Assembly: GCA_003530935.1 (NCBI GenBank)
Contig: DPEO01000045.1
Location: 6,034 to 30,033, forward strand
Reading direction: 5' to 3'
Length of the DNA stretch: 24,000 nucleotides
Source of the DNA: Desulfomicrobiaceae bacterium
GTDB taxonomy: Bacteria > Desulfobacterota > Desulfovibrionia > Desulfovibrionales > Desulfomicrobiaceae
The notes beneath the pieces are model-generated. The model saw only the letters and a program-made list of their open reading frames with translations, ran no database searches and was not told where the DNA came from. Made by a program: the position numbers and the translations under genes. Positions within the stretch are counted from its first letter, which is position 1. Each line of letters opens with the position of its first letter. Positions 7,385-15,664 of the stretch are shown in pieces.

Positions 7385-9702
7385 ATGTTTCGAAAGTTCT
7401 CCTTTCAGATCAAACTCCAAAGCGTCGTAGGCGTGCTCATGCTGGCCGCCGTAGTCGTATCGTCCTCCATTATCTTCGTACATGTGCGCGACGGGGCCGT
7501 GCGCCTCGGCAAGGCCATGTCGCAAAACATGGTAGACCAACTCGCAGGCGCCATCCGCCTCTATACCGAAAGCACCCGCGTCCGCCTCAAGGCCACTTCC
7601 GATGCAGCCCAGCTCCTGATTGAACCCAGCGAAGTTGGTCCGGGCTACGATTCCGCTTTTCTCGTGGCAGACCGCATCCGTCTCCAATACGATACGCTCG
7701 CCAGTATCTACGCCCGCACCCCATCAGGATTTGTTCTGGTCTCCACCAATCGTGAAGTGCAGGGGAAACGACCTGTGGGGGAAGCCCTTGCCAATGCCCA
7801 CGCCGCCAAATCCCTTGCCGATGGGCGCCCAGTGGAGGGCGAAGAAGTCATCGACGGCATGCTGCGCCTCGTGGAATACCGCCCCATCTTCTGGGAAGGC
7901 CGAGTGGTGGGGGCGCTTCTGACCGCCAAGCGGGTCCTCACCCCAGAACTCGTCCACCTCCTCGAACAAACGAGCATCCAGGGAAAAGGGTATGCTTTGA
8001 TTATCGATGCCCAAGGCATCCTCGTGCACCATCCCCGCAAGGAGCTTGTGGGCCGCCCTGCGGCAGAATCCATCCCAGCGGCCCCCCAACTCCTTGCTGC
8101 GCAAGACGGCATCGTGGAATATAGCTGGGATGGGGAAACGAAGATCGCGGGCAAACGCTCCGTGCCCGCCATTGGTTGGAATATTTTCTTCACCATGACT
8201 GCGGCCGAGACCTTGCACGGACTCGATCATGAGATCCTGAGGTCTGCAGGCATGGGTATGGCGGCAGCCGCCCTCCTCGCCTTTGGCACCCTGCTTGTCC
8301 TCGTCCCCCTGCTCCTTGCCCCTATCCGGCGCATGGCGGCGGCGGCCAAAGATATCGCCAGCGGCCACTATGACGTGCACATCGATTACAGCGCCCGGGA
8401 CGCCATCGGCGCCACTGCCGAGGCCATCCACCATATGGCGGCCACTATCAAGGAGCGCATGGGCTTTACCCAAGGAGTGATCGAGTCCATCAAAATACCG
8501 AACGTCATCTGTGGTCCCGATGCCACGGTCGTACGCTGCAACCAAGCCATGCTCGACGTTTTAGAAATCCCAGGCGCCCCTGAAGACTGGGAGGGCAAAG
8601 ACGTCAATCGCCTCATCTTCGGCGATGCGCCCGGAGAGAGCGTTGCCGCGCAGGTGGCCAGGGATCGCCAGGCGCGCTTGGGTGTAGAGCGGACGTTTAC
8701 CACTCGCACCGGGAAAACCATCCACGTGCGCATCGACTGCACTCCCCTGTTCGATCTCGACGGCAATTTTTTGGGCTCCTCCTCCATCTGGATGGACCTC
8801 ACGGACATCGTTCGGGCCAAGGAAGCCATCGAGGCGAGCCAAAAGCGGCTGCTGGCCGTGGCAGGACAAGTGGATTCCCTGACCCAGCACATATCGCCAC
8901 CGCCACCGACGAGCTGGCCGCCCAGGTGGAACAAGTCTCACGCGGAACCGATGTGCAGCGCGACCGTACCGCGGCGACAGCCACAGCCATGGAAGAGATG
9001 AACGCCACGGTGCTCGAAGTGGCCAAACACGCAGCCGAAGCCGTGCGCGGCTCGCAAGAGGTGCAGGAGAAAAGCCACGAGGGCAACCAGGCCGTGGAAC
9101 GGGTTATCGAGGCCATGGCGGCAGTCCGCGAAAGAGCATCGGTCCTCGCCCAAGAGATCAACGCCCTCGGCTCCAAGGCTGCGGACATCCGCTCCATTGT
9201 GGACGTCATCGCCGACATCGCCGATCAAACCAATTTGCTTGCCCTCAACGCCGCCATCGAGGCGGCCCGGGCCGGAGACGCGGGCCGAGGCTTTGCCGTG
9301 GTGGCCGACGAAGTCCGCAAGCTCGCCGAGCGCACTATGGCGGCCACCGGTCAGGTCACCCAATCCATCGAGGCCATCACCAGCGGAGTTGGCCACACCG
9401 TCCACAGCATGGCCCAGGTGTCCCAGGCGGTCGATACCGCCAACCAGCTCGCAGCACAGGCGGGAGAAACCCTCATGGCCATTGCCCGCATCGCCGAATT
9501 GGCCATGAGCCAAATCACCTCCATCGCCACGGCTGCCGAAGAACAGTCCGCCACCTCGGAAGAGGTCAACCGCTCGGTGGCGGAGATTTCCACCATCGCC
9601 AGTGAAGCAGCCCAGGCCATGACCCAATCCGCGCAGGCCGTGAGCGACCTTGCGCAGCAGGTGGGGGCATTGCGCGAGCTCGTGGCATCCCTCAAGGCAT
9701 AA
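7385..9702 (+). pseudogene. Methyl-accepting chemotaxis protein (Cache sensor, TM, HAMP, PAS, MCP signalling domain) interrupted by a frameshift near 8891-8897
   Basis: There are two ORF fragments: 7352..9001 (true start ATG 7385 after AGGAGG) and 8926..9702 in a different frame. Fragment 1 has an N-terminal TM helix, a periplasmic Cache-like region, a second TM helix, a HAMP domain (PIRRMAAAAKDIASGHYDV...) and a PAS domain. It then decays into [14 protein letters not shown]. The other frame reads [46 protein letters not shown]... from 8893 on, and continues through the canonical [32 protein letters not shown] hairpin tip to stop 9702. Confidence 0.85.
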
Positions 9703-9729
9703 CCTCAACCCGTGTTCCAAGGAGTTGTC

Positions 9730-10008
9730 ATGAACAAGAGCGATCTCATCCAAGCCCTGGCGGAGCGCGTGGGCATTACCCACGACGAGGCCACCATGAC
9801 CGTGGAGACCTTTTTCGAGGCCGTCCGCGACGCCATGCTCCGCGGTGACCGTGTGGAACTCCGGGGATTTGGCAGCTTCAAGATCAAACACTACGACGGA
9901 TACACGGGCCGCAACCCCAAAACCGGCGAACCCGTGGAAGTACGCCCCAAACGCCTGCCCTTCTTCAAGGCGGGCAAAGGGCTGGTGGACGCGGTGAACG
10001 ACCGATGA
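9730..10008 (+). CDS. HU/IHF-family DNA-binding protein (IHF-like)
   Basis: ORF 9712..10008 trimmed to ATG 9730 after AAGGAG. MNKSDLIQALAERVGI...GDRVELRGFGSFKIKHY..YTGRNPKTGEPVEV..KRLPFFKAGKGL is the HU/IHF fold signature (RGFGSF, GRNPKTGE, proline-containing arm). Confidence 0.9.
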   Translation: MNKSDLIQALAERVGITHDEATMTVETFFEAVRDAMLRGDRVELRGFGSFKIKHYDGYTGRNPKTGEPVEVRPKRLPFFKAGKGLVDAVNDR

Positions 10009-10889
10009 TGCCTCCGGTCCCCACAGCAGTGCGTCGGGTGGCCGCCATCCATGACCTCTCCGGGTTTGGCGGCGGCTCTTTGGCAGCCGCCATTCCTATT
10101 TTATCGTCCATGGGATTCCAGGTTTGTGCCCTCCCCACGGCCCTGCTCTCCACCCATACCGGGGGGTTCACCGGCTTTCATTTTCGGGACCTCACCGATG
10201 ACATGGCAGCCATCCTCGCCCATTGGCAGGAGTTGAAGCTCCGCTTTGCCGCCATCTACTCAGGATTTCTCGGATCCCCGGAACAAATCCGCATCGTCCA
10301 GGAAGCCTGCGCCACGGTGGGCAAAGACGCCCTCATCGTGGTGGATCCTGTGCTCGGAGACAACGGCGCCCTCTATCCTACCATGGACGATGCCATGGTT
10401 GCCGGCATGCGCAAGCTCGCTGCCCATGCCCATGTGATTACTCCCAACGTCACCGAGGCCGCACTGCTCCTTGGCGAACCCCTGGACATGGTTTCCGCCC
10501 TCCCCACACAGGTCATCAAGGACTGGGCAAGGCGCCTGGCGGCCACAGGTCCGTGCTGGGTGGTACTCACCGGACTTCCCGCCGCGGCCCCGGATCGCAC
10601 CCAAACCGTGGCCTACGACCGCCGCACGGACAAATTCTGGCGCGTGGAATGTGACTACGTGCCCGCAAGCTACCCAGGCACCGGAGACATGTTCGCCAGC
10701 GTGCTCACCGGCGCCCTGCTCCAGGGCGATTCACTCCCCATTGCCCTGGACCGGGCAGTGCACTTCGTGGCCCTGGCCATTCGCGCCACTTTCGGGCATG
10801 GTGCCCCGGAGCGCGAAGGGGTGCTCCTTGAGCGCGTGCTCCCGAGCCTCGCCGCTCCGGTAAGCTTGAGCAGCTATCAGCTCCTCTAA
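10005..10889 (+). CDS. pdxK: Pyridoxal/pyridoxamine kinase (ribokinase superfamily, PdxK/PdxY type)
   Basis: The start overlaps the upstream stop (ATGATG at 10005). VAAIHDLSGFGGGSLAAAIPILSSMGFQVCALPTALLSTHTGGF...IYSGFLGS...VVDPVLGDNGALY...ITPNVTEAALLLG...YPGTGDMFASVLTGALLQG matches the pyridoxal kinase family pattern. Confidence 0.8.
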   Translation: MMPPVPTAVRRVAAIHDLSGFGGGSLAAAIPILSSMGFQVCALPTALLSTHTGGFTGFHFRDLTDDMAAILAHWQELKLRFAAIYSGFLGSPEQIRIVQEACATVGKDALIVVDPVLGDNGALYPTMDDAMVAGMRKLAAHAHVITPNVTEAALLLGEPLDMVSALPTQVIKDWARRLAATGPCWVVLTGLPAAAPDRTQTVAYDRRTDKFWRVECDYVPASYPGTGDMFASVLTGALLQGDSLPIALDRAVHFVALAIRATFGHGAPEREGVLLERVLPSLAAPVSLSSYQLL

Positions 10890-10982
10890 GCCCCATCCAC
10901 TGCCCGCTTGGCATCGCCCAAAAACAGCGATACGCACCGCACTTGCTGCCGGAACGCCACACGAACCTTAAGAACAACCATC

Positions 10983-11765
10983 ATGCGGAATCTCCTCTCC
11001 CGCCTCGGCGCGGGAACCATATCTCTCGTGGAGCATCTGGGCCGCTACGCGCTTTTTTGCCTCCACGCCCTCCTGCAACCGTTGCGGCCACGGCGGCTGT
11101 GGGGAAAGACCATCGCCCAAATAGCGTTCATCGGCGCGGGATCCTTGGGGATCGTCGCCCTGGTGGCGCTTTTTACCGGCATGGTCCTTGGACTCCAAGG
11201 CTACTACACCCTCATCAAATTCAGCGCTGAAGGGGCCCTGGGCACGGTGGTGGCGCTGTCTTTGGTACGGGAACTCGGGCCGGTGCTCACCGCCATCATG
11301 GTGGTGGCGCGGGCAGGCTCCAGTACCGCTGCGGAGCTGGGCATCATGCGTATTTCAGAACAGATCGACGCCCTGGAGACCATGGATATCGATCCCGTGC
11401 GTCATTTGGTCACCCCCCGCCTGGTGGCGGCCCTCGTCGCCTTTCCCCTGCTCACCGCGGTCTTCGACGTGGTGGGCATCTTCGGCGGCTACCTGGCGGC
11501 GCACCTGCTTTCCTCCCGGGCAGGCATCTACTTCAGCAAGATCCAATCCACTTTGGTGCTCTCCGACATCTCCGGCGGATTCATCAAGGCGGTGGTCTTT
11601 GGCTTTCTGGTCATGAGCGTCTGCTGCTATTGCGGTTTTCATACCCATCTGCGCCGGGACAGCGCCGGGGCCCGGGGAGTGAGCGCATCCACCACCTCGG
11701 CGGTGGTGCAGTCGTGCGTGTACGTGCTTATGGCGGACTACGCCATCACCTCTTTCCTCATGTAG
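10983..11765 (+). CDS. mlaE: MlaE-type ABC transporter permease (phospholipid/retrograde lipid transport)
   Basis: ORF 10908..11765 trimmed to ATG 10983. ...GAGSLGIVALVALFTGMVLGLQGYYTLIKFSAEGALGTVVALSLVRELGPVLTAIMVVARAGSSTAAELGIMRISEQIDALETMDIDPVRHLVTPR is the conserved MlaE/Ttg2B core. The gene heads an mlaFDCA string. Confidence 0.9.
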   Translation: MRNLLSRLGAGTISLVEHLGRYALFCLHALLQPLRPRRLWGKTIAQIAFIGAGSLGIVALVALFTGMVLGLQGYYTLIKFSAEGALGTVVALSLVRELGPVLTAIMVVARAGSSTAAELGIMRISEQIDALETMDIDPVRHLVTPRLVAALVAFPLLTAVFDVVGIFGGYLAAHLLSSRAGIYFSKIQSTLVLSDISGGFIKAVVFGFLVMSVCCYCGFHTHLRRDSAGARGVSASTTSAVVQSCVYVLMADYAITSFLM

Positions 11766-11773
11766 TGTGCGCC

Positions 11774-12961
11774 ATGGCAGAGCCTCTCATCCGCTTCGAA
11801 AACGTTCGCAAGGCCTTTGGCGAAAAAGTCGTCCTGGATGGCGTGAGCCTCGACATCCCGCAAAACGCCATCACCGCCATCATCGGCAAAAGCGGCACCG
11901 GCAAGAGCGTGCTCGTCAAACACGCCATCGGCCTCCTCAAACCGGACGCCGGGGAAATCTTCTTTCAGGGGCAACCCTACAGCCGCATGTCCCGCGCCCA
12001 ATTGGGGGAGGTCAAGCGACGGCTGAGCTACATGTTCCAAAACAACGCGCTGTTCGACTCCCTCTCCGTATTCGAAAACATCGAGCTGCCCCTGCGCGAG
12101 CGCGGCGAAGGCACTCCCAAGGAACGCGCCGCCCGCGTGCTCGAGGTGTGCGAGCAACTGGACATCGCTTCTGCCATAGACCAATACCCCAAGGCCCTGT
12201 CCGGAGGCATGCAAAAACGTGTAGCCCTGGCCCGGGCCCTGGTCACCCGGCCCGAAGTCATCTTCTTCGACGAACCCACCACCGGCCTGGACCCGCTGCG
12301 CAAGAACACGGTGCTCACCATGATCGCCCAGTACCATGCCCGCTTGGGCTTTACGGCGGTCATCATCACCCACGACGTGCCGGACATCTTTTTCGTGGCC
12401 CAAGCGGTGCGCATCCTGGATGGCGGCCATGTGATCTTTGCCGGCACGCCCTTGGAGCTCGAGGCCCAGGCGCAGCCGTCCTTGCGCCCCTACTTGGACG
12501 GCCAAGGCATCCTCACGGAGGAGCTGACGGGCCTGGGCAACCGCCCCGCTTTCATAGCGCAAACTCAGGAGGTCCAAGAACAGCCGGACATGTGGCTCGT
12601 GACCATACGTCTCCACGGCCTACGGGAAATACGCGATTACCGCGGCCAAGTGGCAGCCTTCAGCTGCCTGCAGGAAGCGGCGCACGCCCTGCAGAAAAGC
12701 CCCTTGGGCAAGCGCGGTGTCTTTCGGGTCGGCCCCGAGAGCCTCGCCTGCCTGACGCATGCGCCCCGCGCCACCGAAGAGGACCTTGTCCGCCAGGTAG
12801 CCTTGATCTTGGGGGCGTGCCCAACAGCCTCCACCCTGGGGACCTTGTCCGGTCGACGCCGGCTAACCTTCGTGGCCGCAGCCGCCCCCCTTCGCGCCGA
12901 CACGCACCCCTTGGTGCAAATCCATAACGCCCTGACCACAGCCCGAGGCATATCGTCATGA
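11774..12961 (+). CDS. mlaF: MlaF-type ABC ATPase fused to a C-terminal degenerate GGDEF-like domain
   Basis: ORF 11630..12961 trimmed to ATG 11774. Walker A GKSGTGKS, the Q-loop, signature LSGGMQKRVALARAL, Walker B VIFFDEPTTGLD and the H-loop ITHD all lie in the first 240 aa or so. Residues from about 246 to 395 (nt 12509-12958) begin EELTGLGNRPAF and align along their length with a GGDEF domain, but carry GPESL in place of GG[DE]EF. Confidence 0.85.
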   Translation: MAEPLIRFENVRKAFGEKVVLDGVSLDIPQNAITAIIGKSGTGKSVLVKHAIGLLKPDAGEIFFQGQPYSRMSRAQLGEVKRRLSYMFQNNALFDSLSVFENIELPLRERGEGTPKERAARVLEVCEQLDIASAIDQYPKALSGGMQKRVALARALVTRPEVIFFDEPTTGLDPLRKNTVLTMIAQYHARLGFTAVIITHDVPDIFFVAQAVRILDGGHVIFAGTPLELEAQAQPSLRPYLDGQGILTEELTGLGNRPAFIAQTQEVQEQPDMWLVTIRLHGLREIRDYRGQVAAFSCLQEAAHALQKSPLGKRGVFRVGPESLACLTHAPRATEEDLVRQVALILGACPTASTLGTLSGRRRLTFVAAAAPLRADTHPLVQIHNALTTARGISS

Positions 12962-13413
12962 AAACATCTACGCTATATACCGTTGTCGGTGTCTTCGTCC
13001 TGCTGGGACTCCTCGCCGCCGGGTACCTCACCCTTACTTTGGGCAACACCACCCTTTTTGCCCGCGGGGTGTACACCATTTCCGCCCATTTCGGCTCCGT
13101 GAGCGGGCTGCGCGTAGGCAGCACCGTGGAGATCTCCGGCGTGCCGGTGGGAAAAGTCGCGGACATCCAACTCGATCAGGAGCAGTTCTACCAAGCCCGC
13201 GTCGTCATGCAGATCCACAACGCCATCCGCATCCCCACGGATTCTTCCGCCGCCATCAAGACCAGCGGGCTCATCGGCGACAAGTATGTGCAGATCATCC
13301 CGGGAGCGGATGAAAAAAATCTTTCGGACGGTGGATCCATCCTGGACACTAAGTCCGCTCTGGACATCGAAGAAATGGTCTCCAAGTATGTATTTGGGAG
13401 CGTAAAACAATGA
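12958..13413 (+). CDS. mlaD: MlaD (MCE-domain) periplasmic lipid-binding component
   Basis: ATGA overlap with mlaF. An N-terminal TM anchor (TVVGVFVLLGLLAAGYL) is followed by FGSVSGLRVGSTVEISGVPVGKVADIQLD...ARVVMQI...IPTDSSAAIKTSGLIGDKYVQI, the MCE domain pattern. Confidence 0.9.
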   Translation: MKTSTLYTVVGVFVLLGLLAAGYLTLTLGNTTLFARGVYTISAHFGSVSGLRVGSTVEISGVPVGKVADIQLDQEQFYQARVVMQIHNAIRIPTDSSAAIKTSGLIGDKYVQIIPGADEKNLSDGGSILDTKSALDIEEMVSKYVFGSVKQ

Positions 13414-14015
13414 GAAACCGCGCCCCTGCTGCGCTCTTCGTACTCGCTGCGTGGCTCATGCCTGCTTGCGTATGGCCTGAAACCTCTCCGCTTGCCTTTG
13501 TGCGGGAAAACGTGGGCCACGTCGTCGCGGTGCTGGAAAATCCCGATCTCCGGGGAGAAGAACGCCGCAGCCAACGCTATGCGGAACTTTCCCGTATTAC
13601 GGATGCTTTTTTCAATGCCACGGAACTGGCGCGTCGCGCCCTCGGACAACGCTGGCGTATGTTCTCAGGAGCTGAACAGCAGGAGTTCACCCAGCTTTTT
13701 CTTGAGCTCATCAAGCAGACCTATCTCGGTAAGCTCGATGCCTACAACAATAATGGCATCACTTACGACCAGGAAATATTCCAATCACCGACCCAAGCAG
13801 AAGTCCTGCTGACCGTCGCCACGGATAAAGGCCCACTTCGAGTGGAAATCGCGCTCATCCGAGATGCAAACGGCTGGCGGGCCTTTGACGTGACCGTGGA
13901 AAACATCAGTCTGGTTCGGAACTTCCGCACCCAATTTCAAAGCATCCTGCAGTCGCATCCCCCCCAATATCTCATCCGTATTCTCAAGGAGAAAGTCCAT
14001 GGCTCGGCTCAGTAA
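13410..14015 (+). CDS. mlaC: MlaC/Ttg2D periplasmic phospholipid-binding protein
   Basis: ATGA overlap with mlaD. It has a signal peptide (ALFVLAAWLMPACVWP). FFNATELARRALGQRWRMFSGAEQQEFTQLFLELIKQTYLGKL is the toluene-tolerance Ttg2D/MlaC pattern. Confidence 0.85.
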   Translation: MRNRAPAALFVLAAWLMPACVWPETSPLAFVRENVGHVVAVLENPDLRGEERRSQRYAELSRITDAFFNATELARRALGQRWRMFSGAEQQEFTQLFLELIKQTYLGKLDAYNNNGITYDQEIFQSPTQAEVLLTVATDKGPLRVEIALIRDANGWRAFDVTVENISLVRNFRTQFQSILQSHPPQYLIRILKEKVHGSAQ

Positions 14016-14712
14016 GCTCATCGTGATGCTCCTCGTGACCCTGATGCTTGGGGCGTGTGCCCCCAAACACGCCCCTGCCCCGGACAGTGCGCTCCAAGAA
14101 GAGCAGCCCATCCCGGATCCTCTGGAACCTTTCAACCGGGCCATGTTCCGCTTCAACGATTGGTTCATCACCGACGTCTTCGGCCCGGTGCGCACGGTGT
14201 ACGTGGGTGTCTTCCCGCAAGACGTCCGCAACGGCTTCGGTAACTTCTACCGCAACCTCGCGACGCCGGTGCGCGTGGCCAACGATATCCTCCAGCTCAA
14301 GGTGGACAAGGCCGTTGCCGAAGTGGTGCGCGTTGTCCTCAACACCACCTTTGGTACCCTGGGGCTCTTCGACGTGACCCGCAACATCGCCTGGCTCAAC
14401 CCCTCCCCGGAAGACTTCGGGCAGACCTTGGGACACGCCGGCGCAGGGTGCGGTGCGTACCTGGTCCTGCCCTTCCTCGGGCCCACGAGTATCCGTGATG
14501 CCATAGGGCAGGTTGCGGACAGCGTCGCCCATCCCTTCTTCTGGGCCCAACCTCTGGCGGACGCCGCCCTACCCATGCGCATCCATGACCGCGCCAATGC
14601 CTTGTCCCAGTACTTCGACGAGTACCAGCAGGCCAAGGCCGACGCCTTTGACCCGTACATCAGCTTCAAAGACATCTACACCCAGCACCGGGATGCTTTG
14701 GTGCGCCAGTAG
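13999..14712 (+). CDS. mlaA: MlaA/VacJ outer-membrane lipoprotein
   Basis: AAGGAGA lies upstream and the gene overlaps mlaC by 17 nt. It has a lipobox LMLGAC. DPLEPFNRAMFRFNDWF...RNGFGNFYRNLATPVRVANDILQ...NTTFGTLGLFDV is the VacJ family signature. Confidence 0.9.
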   Translation: MARLSKLIVMLLVTLMLGACAPKHAPAPDSALQEEQPIPDPLEPFNRAMFRFNDWFITDVFGPVRTVYVGVFPQDVRNGFGNFYRNLATPVRVANDILQLKVDKAVAEVVRVVLNTTFGTLGLFDVTRNIAWLNPSPEDFGQTLGHAGAGCGAYLVLPFLGPTSIRDAIGQVADSVAHPFFWAQPLADAALPMRIHDRANALSQYFDEYQQAKADAFDPYISFKDIYTQHRDALVRQ

Positions 14713-14720
14713 TACTGCAC

Positions 14721-14741
14721 GGCGCCCCTTTCCGGGGCGCC
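14721..14741. terminator. Candidate bidirectional intrinsic terminator between convergent genes
   Basis: GGCGCCCC (14721-14728), loop TTTCC, then GGGGCGCC (14734-14741) form a perfect 8-bp GC stem. It sits in the 33-nt gap between the mlaA stop (14712) and the minus-strand gene stop (14746). The T-tract is weak (TCGTTT). Confidence 0.5.
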
Positions 14742-14745
14742 TCGT

Positions 14746-15585
14746 TTACCACGGCTGACTCTGCAAATCCAAAGTCACTCGAAAGGAGTGGCGGATTTCT
14801 CGCTGGACCGCGCGGTGGAAACGCACCGCCGGATAGCCGAGCAGCATGACGTACATGACATGGTCTTCGGGGATGCCCAGGCTTCGCGCCACATGGGGCA
14901 CCACCGCCTGGATGGCCCAGGTGGCAAAGCCACACCATAATGTCCCAAGCCCCAAGCTTTGGGCCAAAAGTTCCAACTGGGCGAGGGCGATGTACACATC
15001 CGCCTCGGGTGAAGGCCCACCCTTGGGACTCGAAGCAATGATCATGTGCGGAGCCTTACGAAACACGAGATCCTGGCCCTCGGCAAAACGCCGCGCCAAG
15101 GCAGCAAAAAAGCCCAGGCCCTCCGGCAAGGTGCCGTCTGCTGCAGCCCGGGCGACGCCCTCCATGACCGTATGGCGCAAGCGCTCCATCACCGAGGCAT
15201 CGTCCACCACCGTAAAACGCGTGGCGCGAACGTTTTTCCCAGTGGGCGCATAGGCCAGGGCCTCCACGAGACGCTGAAAAAGCGCCGGCTCCACCGGTTT
15301 TTGGGCAAAACGCCGGCAGGAGCGACGCTGCCGAAGGAGCCGATCCATGGCCTCAGGGGCGGGCATCTCCCCCAAAGGGGCACAGGCATCCGGCTGCACT
15401 CCTGCCATGGAAAACGCCCCTACCGGACACACCGCCAGACAATGCTGACATTGGAGGCACGCCTTCTCCCGGTGGGGCAAAATCCCGGCCACGCCATCGC
15501 GCAGCTCGATGATCCCCACGGGACACTCGGTGACGCACTCTCCACACCCCACACACCGGTCTTCATCTACCTGCCATTGCAGCAT
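14746..15585 (-). CDS. Ferredoxin-domain (2x[4Fe-4S]) / nitroreductase-family fusion protein
   Basis: ORF 14746..15639 trimmed to ATG 15585 after GAGGAG. There are two CxxCxxCxxxCP motifs (CVGCGECVTECP and CLQCQHCLAVCP). The nitroreductase fold follows (LLRQRRSCRRFAQKPV...AYAPTGKNVRATRFTVV...LGLGTLWCGF). ATG 15639 is a less likely alternative start. Confidence 0.85.
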   Translation of the reverse strand: MLQWQVDEDRCVGCGECVTECPVGIIELRDGVAGILPHREKACLQCQHCLAVCPVGAFSMAGVQPDACAPLGEMPAPEAMDRLLRQRRSCRRFAQKPVEPALFQRLVEALAYAPTGKNVRATRFTVVDDASVMERLRHTVMEGVARAAADGTLPEGLGFFAALARRFAEGQDLVFRKAPHMIIASSPKGGPSPEADVYIALAQLELLAQSLGLGTLWCGFATWAIQAVVPHVARSLGIPEDHVMYVMLLGYPAVRFHRAVQREIRHSFRVTLDLQSQPW

Positions 15586-15621
15586 CTGGTTCTCCTCTTC
15601 CCTTGGCAGAACGCCCTGTTT

Positions 15622-15638
15622 TGCATAGCAAAGATGCA
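15622..15638. promoter_or_regulatory. Candidate operator (inverted repeat TGCAT-N7-ATGCA) upstream of znuA
   Basis: TGCATagcaaagATGCA lies in the most AT-rich patch of the 79-bp divergent intergenic region, 27-43 nt upstream of the znuA ATG. The arms are only 5 bp, so it is not statistically compelling on its own. Confidence 0.25.
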
Positions 15639-15664
15639 TCTAACGTTTCGGCCTCGGAGGAATC

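Noticed and set aside
11767-12927. The 386-aa ORF in a second frame across mlaF, and the upstream extensions of several track ORFs (775-984, 4373-4420, 7352-7384, 10908-10982, 11630-11773, 16440-16601, 17312-17365, 19339-19512).
   Set aside because: These are Arg/Pro-rich nonsense, or they overlap the preceding gene. In each case a downstream ATG with a good Shine-Dalgarno starts exactly where family homology begins.
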